DNA from: Patescibacteria group bacterium
Lineage (GTDB): Bacteria; Patescibacteriota; Patescibacteriia; UBA10025; JAHIVO01
Length of the DNA: 64,000 nt
Assembly: GCA_043808365.1 (NCBI GenBank)
Contig: JAZDEZ010000007.1
Coordinates: forward strand, 9,637 to 73,636
Direction: 5' to 3'
The notes below the pieces were generated by a model, which was not told the origin of the DNA, did no database searches, and saw only the letters and a list, made by a program, of their open reading frames with translations. Numbering within the stretch: the stretch's first letter is position 1; each line of letters starts with the position of its first letter. The position numbers and the translations under genes are program-made. Shown here piece by piece: positions 26,846-35,255 of the stretch.

Positions 26846-26937
26846 ATTTTTTCAACCACCCCTTTAGTGGCATCCATGCTAATCAAGTAGCCTGGCATCG
26901 GTCCCCACCGAAACTGCGGTTTATTCCCGTCAATCAT
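26842..26937 (-). pseudogene. 31-codon mini-ORF: in-frame internal-deletion relic of a ninth paralog (N-terminus fused to C-terminus)
   Basis: Hand translation gives MIDGNKPQFRWGPMPGYLISMDATKGVVEKI*. The first 19 aa match the N-terminus of paralog 6 ([23 protein letters not shown]). The last 11 aa match the family C-terminus (VDATKG(I/V)VKKL). The TGA overlaps the ATG of paralog 8. Confidence 0.6.
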
Positions 26938-26943
26938 GCATCA

Positions 26944-26972
26944 ATTTTATCCGTTTTTAACTAAAAAATCAA
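26944..26972 (-). promoter_or_regulatory. sigma70-type promoter at the head of the paralog array
   Basis: The minus strand reads TTGATT (26967-26972), a 17-nt spacer, then TAAAAT (26944-26949). The mini-ORF ATG begins only 6 nt after the -10 box, so the message is leaderless or nearly so. Confidence 0.5.
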
Positions 26973-27033
26973 TTATAAAAAAACGCTATATTATGCTATG
27001 ATGACTATGCAATAATACCTTATTACTTCACAT

Positions 27034-27957
27034 ATGAGCACGGTAAGAGAACAGGAAAGGGCAAATAACGAAACCTGGGAAGGGAAGGAAAAAGTTAAGT
27101 TAAAAGTGACCGAGGACGAGACCCCGGGAGCGAACCCACAAAAGAAACAAGATACTGAATTAATGGATGAAAACGACATTAAGCGTACTCTATTCCAAAT
27201 AAAGCTGCCAACCCAGCCATCTAGTGACACTAAAAAATTAGGCCCGGACAATCAAACTGCCGCAGATGGTGGGCAGGCCCTCGCGGATAATACTCCTATT
27301 GTGGAACCGAATTCCTCACAAGAAAAGGCGGCCAAGAGTGCATGGGCTCAGCGGCAACAACAGTCAGCGCCGATGCAATCCATGCCGGAACAAATGCCGG
27401 GGGGGAAGGCTGAAGCGTCTTCGGACGGCACTGGAGAGAATGAAGAAGAAAATGAGGAGCCGGAAACTGTCGAAGACGAAGATTTAACCAAACGCGAGCT
27501 GTACCAGGAGCAATTATCAAAACAAAAACAACAATCTGCCCAAATGAAGGACGCCACAGTATCCGCCGAGGAATCAGGCGAAGGAGAAGCTGAGGAGCCA
27601 TCGAAAGATAATTTGATATTATTTTTCGCTGCGTTATTTGTTGCGGGAGCCAAAGACCTACTGGACCTCATTGGGATTGAAACCTTCGGACTTTTAGGCA
27701 CATTCGTCAATATTTTTATCAGCGGCGTTTTCGCGCTCATTCTCCTGCTCCGCGGTTCCAAGCTGAATAACAGTAAAACGATTATCCGGTATGTCATTGC
27801 CGGCATCGCTGAATTCATCCCGGTCGTCAACTTTCTCCCCATGTGGACGATCAGCGTGCTATGGGAAAAGCTGGAGAAAAAACTGCCGGCCAGCATGCAG
27901 GTTGTCAGCAAGATCGGAGGCGACGCTGGACAAAAAAACCAGCCTACAGTCAAATAG
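27034..27957 (+). CDS. membrane protein with long acidic low-complexity N-terminal region, function unknown
   Basis: 307 aa. The E/Q/S-rich N-terminal 190 aa are followed by 3 clear TM helices (LILFFAALFVAGAKDLL; FGLLGTFVNIFISGVFALILLL; VIAGIAEFIPVVNFLPMWTISVLW). I prefer it over the antisense 230-aa ORF 27348..28040, which is low-complexity Ser/Cys sequence. Confidence 0.6.
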   Translation: MSTVREQERANNETWEGKEKVKLKVTEDETPGANPQKKQDTELMDENDIKRTLFQIKLPTQPSSDTKKLGPDNQTAADGGQALADNTPIVEPNSSQEKAAKSAWAQRQQQSAPMQSMPEQMPGGKAEASSDGTGENEEENEEPETVEDEDLTKRELYQEQLSKQKQQSAQMKDATVSAEESGEGEAEEPSKDNLILFFAALFVAGAKDLLDLIGIETFGLLGTFVNIFISGVFALILLLRGSKLNNSKTIIRYVIAGIAEFIPVVNFLPMWTISVLWEKLEKKLPASMQVVSKIGGDAGQKNQPTVK

Positions 27958-28015
27958 GAAGGGTCGGACGAAGATATGCGCATGGCCGCGTAATAATCGT
28001 CCGATAGAGGTTTGT

Positions 28016-28630
28016 TCAATAACCAATTATTAACCTCCAATTGAAATATTGGTACGGTATTTTAGAGTATTTTCTCGGTAATTCCGTTTTAACCGGGTTG
28101 CGTTTGATGTATTGGATGACTGTTTCTAAATATTTATGCGTTGAAACGATCCGGGCGTAAAACCGTGTGTGCCAAATTGAAAACGGGATAGCGTACTGGA
28201 CGCGAATACGCTTGATAAAATATGATTTGATGCAATACATAAATTGAGAAATAGTATACTCCTTCGTGGGCGTGGGTTTCGTGGTCACCGCAGGCGCAGA
28301 GACCTGCGGTGGGAGGGCTATGGAATGTCGCTCATCGGTTAAACTATCGCGGGTCCCCGCCTGCCGAAGCCGTGCGGCGGGCAGGTCTGCGCCCGCGATG
28401 GGACTCCAAACCGCACCTGCGTTCCCATCCATTCGTTGCACCAACACATGCACATGGTCTGGCATTATTTGGTACGCCAAAATACCAAAACGCTTCAATC
28501 GGCCGGCATTAAACATAATTTCCGATAATAACTCCGCCATCTTTTCATCCTCGAACAACCCGAACCCCACCCGGGTACGGAATGTCACGAAATACGGGCA
28601 TTCATTTTGATATATTCTTCGTTGGGTCAT
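28016..28630 (-). CDS. IS200-like / RAYT-like Y1 HUH transposase
   Basis: The likely start is MTQRRIYQNE at 28630. The HUH motif is MPDHVHVLV, preceded by CPYFVTFRT. The C-terminal part is IKSYFIKRIR...WHTRFYARIVSTHKYLETVIQYIKRNPVK. The central GC-rich segment is an unusual insert. I identified no IS ends. Confidence 0.7.
   Translation of the reverse strand: MTQRRIYQNECPYFVTFRTRVGFGLFEDEKMAELLSEIMFNAGRLKRFGILAYQIMPDHVHVLVQRMDGNAGAVWSPIAGADLPAARLRQAGTRDSLTDERHSIALPPQVSAPAVTTKPTPTKEYTISQFMYCIKSYFIKRIRVQYAIPFSIWHTRFYARIVSTHKYLETVIQYIKRNPVKTELPRKYSKIPYQYFNWRLIIGY
28348..28397. repeat. GC-rich structured element inside the transposase ORF (partner at 44508-44558)
   Basis: The sequence is cgcgggtccccgcctgccgaagccgtgcggcgggcaggtctgcgcccgcg. 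The inner stem is gcctgcc/ggcagg(t) and the outer stem is cgcggg/cccgcg. It shares gggtcccc(c)gcctgcc-N10-cggcgggcagg with the intergenic copy. Confidence 0.55.
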
Positions 28631-28708
28631 AACAAAAACTTCCCGTGGTTTTATTGGGAAGATTGATATGTTTAGGTTATAACGACATCGGGGAATAGTC
28701 AAATAACC

Positions 28709-30040
28709 TTACGTCTCACTGACCAATTTCCGGTCAGCGATCTTGTTTTTTACCCATTCAAATTCACCGGTCTCGGCATTGCCGTACGCCATGCTCTGGT
28801 ATTCCCCGCCCGTCATCTGCCCGATTTCCACCCCGATCAGCGCGGATTCTGACCTAGAAATTCGCAGCCGGCTCTCTAGGATGAATTGGAGGAATTCTGA
28901 AATGACAGCTGGTGTCGTTGGGTCGTATTTCAAGTCACTGACCGCCAATTTTACCTCCGGCACCGGCCACCGTCTGGTATATTTTTTCGTAATGTATTCG
29001 GCGGTCGCGGCCCACCAGGCTGGGTTGGCTTTTAGGGACTCTGCCAGGGCTTTCTGCCGGGCCAATAATTTCAGGCAGGCGATCGATCGGAACTTATCGC
29101 CGGTTTGGACTGCTTCAGAAAGTTCGTGATAAATCGCTTGCGGCTCGCCTTTTGTATTCACGAGCACCTTGTCCTCCAGGTCCAGGATACGCTGGCGATT
29201 ACTTCGATACGTTTGGTATTTTTGCTTTAAACTTAGTAATGGGTCTTTTGCAACCGGCTGTTCCGTAAAAACAGACGTACGAGGCTCTGCTGCTACCCTT
29301 CTCATATCAGGAAATTTTTTTGCTGCGGGGCGGACGGTTGTAAATGCCCCATTTTCAAAAATTTTCAGTGACCCATCCTTATCCTTTATCGTCATACTCC
29401 CTTCATATCCCTCAATATCATATGTTGAATGATACAGCCATTGATAAATGGTAAATAGCATTTTCAGTTTTTCCTGGTCCGGTTCAGGCAACGACCTGAA
29501 TGAGACGTTTTTCGTGAAAAACTCGGTACTCCGCAGGGTATCAGTCATTTTCCCTTCCATGAATCCGCGGAAATCCTTCAGCCAGTTGGCTAATGTTGAC
29601 GGCTCTTTCGTACCGTCCGGATGGATGCGCGGCAGTGCTGACATGGGCCGCTGGCACTGTTCCATGGCTGTTTTGATTTCTGTCTTATACCCATCACGAT
29701 CTTCCGGCACCATGGTCATGAGCTTAAACCGAAGTTGTTCCCATAAATCAATGTCTGCCATCAGAACATCGTCCAAACGATCCCTGATAATTGCAGTCAC
29801 GTCACGGTTGCTTAATAATGGGAGCGCAATAAAATCAAGCTGACCCTTGAGCTTCAGTAGCTGTTGGTAAATATTCTGGTCACCACGGGAGGCGATGGGC
29901 AGGCGCTGACCTATTGCTGGTGAGAGCAGCAGAGCTTCCTTGCGTAAATGGAATTCAAAAACATCCTGCGCTGCCTGCTGCCACGTTTTAAGTTCCTGAT
30001 CGTCGACTTGTGATGATGTAAAAACCGGAATATCCTCCAT
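28709..30040 (-). CDS. hypothetical protein, last gene of the giant-protein operon
   Basis: 443-aa ORF that starts 10 nt after the stop of the 1727-aa gene. I recognised no motif. Confidence 0.6.
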   Translation of the reverse strand: MEDIPVFTSSQVDDQELKTWQQAAQDVFEFHLRKEALLLSPAIGQRLPIASRGDQNIYQQLLKLKGQLDFIALPLLSNRDVTAIIRDRLDDVLMADIDLWEQLRFKLMTMVPEDRDGYKTEIKTAMEQCQRPMSALPRIHPDGTKEPSTLANWLKDFRGFMEGKMTDTLRSTEFFTKNVSFRSLPEPDQEKLKMLFTIYQWLYHSTYDIEGYEGSMTIKDKDGSLKIFENGAFTTVRPAAKKFPDMRRVAAEPRTSVFTEQPVAKDPLLSLKQKYQTYRSNRQRILDLEDKVLVNTKGEPQAIYHELSEAVQTGDKFRSIACLKLLARQKALAESLKANPAWWAATAEYITKKYTRRWPVPEVKLAVSDLKYDPTTPAVISEFLQFILESRLRISRSESALIGVEIGQMTGGEYQSMAYGNAETGEFEWVKNKIADRKLVSET

Positions 30041-30049
30041 ATGTTTATA

Positions 30050-33000
30050 TTATTCTTCAGGCGAGCCGGCTGGTGGCGATGTTTGTTCACTGCCAGTCTT
30101 CTTCGCATCCGACTCTCCGCCTTTCTTCGGTGCCTTGTCACGGAAAAACTTGTACAAGTGCTCCATATTATACATGAACTTCTTCCATTCTTCGCTTTGG
30201 ACGCCAAATTGTCCCGTACTTCCTGCTTGCGCCTGTTTGGATAATGGCGAGGTAATATGCTTCACGAATGCCGCAGTATCTTTTTGACTGCCCTGAATAT
30301 TCTTTGACAGGTCCATGATTACCTTATTTACTTCATCCATGCTCCGCTGCGCGCTTTCACTGCTGATATTCACATTCTTCAATGTTTCCATTAATACCTC
30401 CAGGTGCTGGGCCGATTCTTGGACAGGCCGGCTCATGCTGACAGCCTCTGATGGCGCCACTTTCTCCATTTCCTGCCGGACTGCCTGGTCGATATTTTTC
30501 CTTTCGGGTTCTGGGGTATTTTTCTTAACTGCCTGGCTAGCCAGCTTATCAAGCTTGATCGTTTCTCCGGACTTGGCGAACTCCAATTGTTTGATCTGAT
30601 TTTCCCATTCGCCAATATCCCGCTTGATCTGTTCTGCTATCTTGCCACCGATTCCGAGCTTGAGCGACGTCTGGGCGCCGGCAATCTTTTGCTGCAATTG
30701 CGTAATTTGGGAATTCATCGGACTTTGGAGCTTGCCGAGCTCTGATTGCCAATTCGCCATATCCTGATTGATCTGTTCTGCCATCTTGCCGCCGATCCCG
30801 AGCCTGAGTGAGGTCTGGGCAGTCTTGATCTTCTCTTTTAGCTGTGCAATCGGTGATGACGCCTCAACTGGCTCAATATCTGGAGCGGCGGGTATTGGAG
30901 CTGGGGCAGTTACTGTTGGGGCAGGCTTGAATAAATTCTTGGCCTCGGGAATTTTTTCGGACATGTCCTTCATGATTGCGTCGATTTGTCCGGTCATGCC
31001 ATTGGTCAGCTCGGCAACCTGAGCCTGCCATTTGGCAATATCTCCCTTAATCGAATCGGCCATCTTCCCGGGGACGCCAAGCTTGAGGCTTGCATTGCCC
31101 CGCTTAATCTGATCCTGTAGCTTGGCCGCTTCACCTGAAAATGTTTCTGGATGTGCCATAATATTCTTCCGGGCGTTTTCCATCTCGGTAAATGCCGCTG
31201 AATAATCCGACCGGGCCAGCGCACTGTCAACTTTTGCGGCACTGGCATCATCCATGACCCGACTACCGCGTAAATTTTGTACTCCACGCTGTGCGCGCTG
31301 CCTGGATAACGTCACATCAATCTGGCTGTTTTTTTCTTCTGCCGTACCTGTCTTTTTTATGGATTTTTCCATGGCTTGTACGGCTACCAGCCTGGCTAAT
31401 TCCTCCTTCTCGTCAAATTCTGACAATTTTTGCTCACCGACCTGCACACGTTTACGCGCTTCTTCTATCTGTTTACTGATGGCATTAAAATTTTTACGGT
31501 GGCTATCAGCACCGGACTTATCGCCTGATCGTATGGCCTGCTGCATGAGCGCCTGTTCATTCTTCGCTTGGTCGGTCAATGAGCGGACTTTTTCACTTTC
31601 CTTACGCTTTAAGTCTTCTTGATCTTTTTCGGCTTTTTCCCTTGCCTGCTTCGCAGTATTATACTCATATGTTTTCGCATTAGCGTCACGCTGAGCGTCT
31701 TCAGCTTTTTTATCTAATTTTATGGACTTCTTGACTGTTTTCTCCCCTGCTTTTTCCTGCTTGCGGTCTGTCTTGAGCACTCGTTTCATGTCACCCTTGC
31801 TGATCTCTGCTGGCGGCTCAAGTGAATCAAAATCAAGACCCGGCTGGTTGACCTTGACCTTCTCAGCCAATCGCGCGAGTGCGGACGGCGGCAACGTGAT
31901 GGCCGAAATTGAACGATCGGCCCGATTCGTCGGTCCGGCATTGGCCAGGCCCTCGGCAAAGTACTCGCTTATCACCTGCGCTTCGGTCATTTTCTGGTTC
32001 GTCATTTTGCGTTTCACCTGCTGTGTGGCGATCTGCCTGGCTTCCGGTGACATTTCCTTCCAGATCTGCTTCTGCAGCTCGCCGTCCGGATCTTCCTGGG
32101 CCAACTGCTCATGCATATCCTCATGGGACAACACATGGCGGATATTGACACCGGTGCGGCCAAGGTTTGCCAATTTCAGTTTCTTGAACGTCTCGCCGTC
32201 ATTCACCTTGTCCTTAGCCCGCTGGAGTGCCACCAGGCGCTGGTTGTCTCCTGCTGTTCGTTCGCCTATCGGTTTAGCCTGCAGCTCTCCCATTTCCTGG
32301 TCGATCATCTCAAGCAATCGCGGCTTTATCTTGTCGAGGACGGCCGGATCGGAAATAAATTCACCGGCATTCTTGGACAAATCCATGCCCTCGACTTTCA
32401 GGTTCGAGAAATCCATACCAACGACATTACTGGAGCCTTTTGCCCCATAATTTGCCATACCGCGCAAGCCCTCTGTCCCGTGTTCAGCTTTATATTTTTC
32501 TAGCGCTTGCGCTTCATCAAACCGTTCCTGCTCCAGGAATTTGCCGCTGGCCGCGCCGGTTTTATATTCATCAGAAATGAAAAAGTCTGACTTGTATTTC
32601 TTCTGGTATTCTTCTGCCTTTGCTTTGGTGGCCTGGTATTGTGTTCGGTCTACGTCTTGCAATGGCGTACCAGTAACAGTGCCGCCAGGTGGAGTCGGCG
32701 GAGTGCCAGGTGCTGGTACGATCGCTGGTCCGGGTGTTGGGCCTGCTGGAGGGGGCGTACCGGCTACGGGACGTGCTCCTATCGGAGGTAAAGTACCTGC
32801 CAGTCGCTGGTGGCGTAAATTTTCTATTGCATCATGCTGGCCTTGTAGGAAATTATTATCATAATATTCTTTCTTTTCCACTTGAAATTGCGGACTCTTT
32901 TCGTCAGTGGTAAACGTTCTTCCTGTAGTTGCCGTTACATCCTTCTTCCACTCATCAAATTTACCAGTCAAATGTTCATCCCAAAACTTTTTACTGGTTT

Positions 33001-35233
33001 CCTCAAATGGTACCGAAACACCACCTTCAAATAAATTCTTTCGGTCTAATACTCTGGTCACCTGTCCAGTATTCGGGTCCGTTACAACAGGCTGCTTGGT
33101 ATACTGTTCCATTTTTTCAAGCTCTTCCGGTGTCATCTGGGCCATGCTTTCCCATATTTTATTATAAAGCACTGGCGCAATTTGCTTAGCCTCTTCTGGA
33201 TGATTCAGCATGACTGCGGCCCGAGCATTTGGCTGGAATCGGTTCGCATGAGCCGGGTCTATATTGCCTAGAGAAGCTTTACCGGCATCATGAAATCCAG
33301 CATCTGCCTCGACCCGCTTCGCTTGGCCATTTTTAATCATTTCTTTCTCCTGTTTTCTGGATACGTAAATCGGATTGCCCGTAGCAATGTCCATCAGGAA
33401 GCTGGTCTCATTTTTGTACGCCGTCCGGTGGTTTTCACGAGGGATGACTTGAGGATCGCGCTTGGCTTGTTGGGCAGCTACAGTATTCGCCCACCCTTCT
33501 ACCGTTTGCTCTGAAAACTTACCGGTATCCGGATTAAAATTGTATGCTCGGGCCATGCCCCATTGGCGGTTGCCCTCAGCGAGCTCACCGACGTCATTGC
33601 CGAGCCGGTATGCTTCCTGTTCAGTCATCCCGCCTTCCTTCATGAAGACATCGCGGATCAATGCCTGGTAATCTTTCGCCGAACCATCAACGCCGGTATG
33701 GTACCCTCGGCCGCGGACAAAATTATCAAAATCAGCCTGCTTGGCCAGTTTACGCGAAGCACCGGCGATCTTGTCCGGATTTTTCTCCTTGATGGCGACC
33801 TCCAGCTCCATGATAATTTCATCATCCTTATTGGACAATATCTTTCTTTCTTCCTCTGATTGGCGTTGCCGAACGGCCCGATCATGATAATTCGTTTTTT
33901 CCCGACTAAAAACCTTATGGAACATATCTTGAGCCGCCCCCTTTGGGGCTGCATAATGTTCAGCCTCTTTCTGCGCGCGCCAGTCCTTCCAGGCTTCTTT
34001 CCAAACAGTGGGGCGCAAAGTTAACGGCGCTTTGACCCCCAGCCTCTTCTGGATATTCATCTGGGCCTGGTCCGCTTTCTTGCCGACCGACTTCACGCCT
34101 GTCCAGCCGAGCTTGAGCGAGCCTGATCCTAATTTAGACATACTGCTCGACATGCTCCCGGCCCATTTGCCGGCGAAACCCCCGAGCGCCTGGGCAAACC
34201 CCATGGCCATGACCAGCAGGGCTACGGCAATAATGAAACCCATGATGCTTGACGAAGAAGATACTGTCCCTAAGCCGGCACTGATCAGTTCGCCATTTAC
34301 ATTTCCGCCCTGGCCGCCGCTCAAATTAATGACTGTTGTGGGATCGCCGGTCGATGTCGTAAGGATGGAGAGCGCCAGCCAGATGAAAAAAGCGAGGATC
34401 GGGCCGGTCGTCACCCATTTTCCGAACGTCGACCACCAGCGCGAAGCATACTGCTTGCCCATCGGCACCACGGCCAGCAGGTAAGCAAGCGGCGACAGGA
34501 CGATCAGCACCCATAGGTACACGATGCGCGCGATGAACACCACGATCATGGCCAGCATGACGAACAAAGCGACGACTAACAGAACGATAGCAAATAACGG
34601 CAGGCCAATCTTCTGCCAGTCACTGAGCGTAGACGTGGCTTGGGGAGCTGTCTTGTCAACAAATCCAAGCATGTCCTTCAATTGGAACATGTGGACAAAA
34701 TTACCCGCCGCCGAATCCTTGAACGCATTCACGAACGTCAACAGCACCACCTGGCTCACGTCAATCAGGAAACCGGCGATCAGCTTGGAAAAATTGATCA
34801 GCACCGCCATGATGATCAGCTGGGGCAGGAGGCGCTGGTATTTATATGATTCAATGCGCAGGATGGTGCCAAAGGCGATGATCAGCAGGACGGCCACGAA
34901 AAACATGTTGCACAGGTCGCGCACCACCACCCAGCCCTTGCTGACCGCGGCCGAACTGACAAAATCTTTGTACTGGACGATGCCGATCAGGATGTCTATA
35001 AGTACGACCAAAAACTTACCAAGTACTGAGGCGATAGCCAATAAAACTTCGGAGATTGTGAAAACAACGCTATCCCACGCCCATCCAAAGAGGTCTAAAG
35101 CATGCGCCGGCCGAACAGCGCCAAACAGGCCCGCGCAAACCACCAGCAGGATGAGCGCGACCGTCGTCCACCGCACCGCGCGCGGCTGGCGGGTAATGAA
35201 TAATTTTAATTTAAGCCAAATGAATTGGTACAT
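30050..35233 (-). CDS. 1727-aa polytopic membrane protein (VirB6/TrbL-like N-terminal topology) with long charged, repeat-containing C-terminal region
   Basis: The N-terminal ~450 aa hold about 8 hydrophobic helices. These are followed by a Pro-rich linker (PVAGTPPPAGPTPGPAIVPAPGTPPTPPGG) and an HEDMH motif encoded at 32111-32125. Three C-terminal repeats of type (T/G)AQTSL(K/R)LGIGGK(I/M)AEQI..D...W follow. VirB6 similarity is by topology only. Confidence 0.6.
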   Translation of the reverse strand: MYQFIWLKLKLFITRQPRAVRWTTVALILLVVCAGLFGAVRPAHALDLFGWAWDSVVFTISEVLLAIASVLGKFLVVLIDILIGIVQYKDFVSSAAVSKGWVVVRDLCNMFFVAVLLIIAFGTILRIESYKYQRLLPQLIIMAVLINFSKLIAGFLIDVSQVVLLTFVNAFKDSAAGNFVHMFQLKDMLGFVDKTAPQATSTLSDWQKIGLPLFAIVLLVVALFVMLAMIVVFIARIVYLWVLIVLSPLAYLLAVVPMGKQYASRWWSTFGKWVTTGPILAFFIWLALSILTTSTGDPTTVINLSGGQGGNVNGELISAGLGTVSSSSSIMGFIIAVALLVMAMGFAQALGGFAGKWAGSMSSSMSKLGSGSLKLGWTGVKSVGKKADQAQMNIQKRLGVKAPLTLRPTVWKEAWKDWRAQKEAEHYAAPKGAAQDMFHKVFSREKTNYHDRAVRQRQSEEERKILSNKDDEIIMELEVAIKEKNPDKIAGASRKLAKQADFDNFVRGRGYHTGVDGSAKDYQALIRDVFMKEGGMTEQEAYRLGNDVGELAEGNRQWGMARAYNFNPDTGKFSEQTVEGWANTVAAQQAKRDPQVIPRENHRTAYKNETSFLMDIATGNPIYVSRKQEKEMIKNGQAKRVEADAGFHDAGKASLGNIDPAHANRFQPNARAAVMLNHPEEAKQIAPVLYNKIWESMAQMTPEELEKMEQYTKQPVVTDPNTGQVTRVLDRKNLFEGGVSVPFEETSKKFWDEHLTGKFDEWKKDVTATTGRTFTTDEKSPQFQVEKKEYYDNNFLQGQHDAIENLRHQRLAGTLPPIGARPVAGTPPPAGPTPGPAIVPAPGTPPTPPGGTVTGTPLQDVDRTQYQATKAKAEEYQKKYKSDFFISDEYKTGAASGKFLEQERFDEAQALEKYKAEHGTEGLRGMANYGAKGSSNVVGMDFSNLKVEGMDLSKNAGEFISDPAVLDKIKPRLLEMIDQEMGELQAKPIGERTAGDNQRLVALQRAKDKVNDGETFKKLKLANLGRTGVNIRHVLSHEDMHEQLAQEDPDGELQKQIWKEMSPEARQIATQQVKRKMTNQKMTEAQVISEYFAEGLANAGPTNRADRSISAITLPPSALARLAEKVKVNQPGLDFDSLEPPAEISKGDMKRVLKTDRKQEKAGEKTVKKSIKLDKKAEDAQRDANAKTYEYNTAKQAREKAEKDQEDLKRKESEKVRSLTDQAKNEQALMQQAIRSGDKSGADSHRKNFNAISKQIEEARKRVQVGEQKLSEFDEKEELARLVAVQAMEKSIKKTGTAEEKNSQIDVTLSRQRAQRGVQNLRGSRVMDDASAAKVDSALARSDYSAAFTEMENARKNIMAHPETFSGEAAKLQDQIKRGNASLKLGVPGKMADSIKGDIAKWQAQVAELTNGMTGQIDAIMKDMSEKIPEAKNLFKPAPTVTAPAPIPAAPDIEPVEASSPIAQLKEKIKTAQTSLRLGIGGKMAEQINQDMANWQSELGKLQSPMNSQITQLQQKIAGAQTSLKLGIGGKIAEQIKRDIGEWENQIKQLEFAKSGETIKLDKLASQAVKKNTPEPERKNIDQAVRQEMEKVAPSEAVSMSRPVQESAQHLEVLMETLKNVNISSESAQRSMDEVNKVIMDLSKNIQGSQKDTAAFVKHITSPLSKQAQAGSTGQFGVQSEEWKKFMYNMEHLYKFFRDKAPKKGGESDAKKTGSEQTSPPAGSPEE

Positions 35234-35255
35234 GAAAAATGTTATTTACCCGCGC

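Noticed and set aside
27348-28040. A 230-aa minus-strand ORF overlapping 27034..27957.
   Set aside because: Its product is Ser/Cys low-complexity sequence with no coherent domains. The plus-strand ORF has three well-formed TM helices and fits the convergent layout with a hairpin at about 27965-28005.
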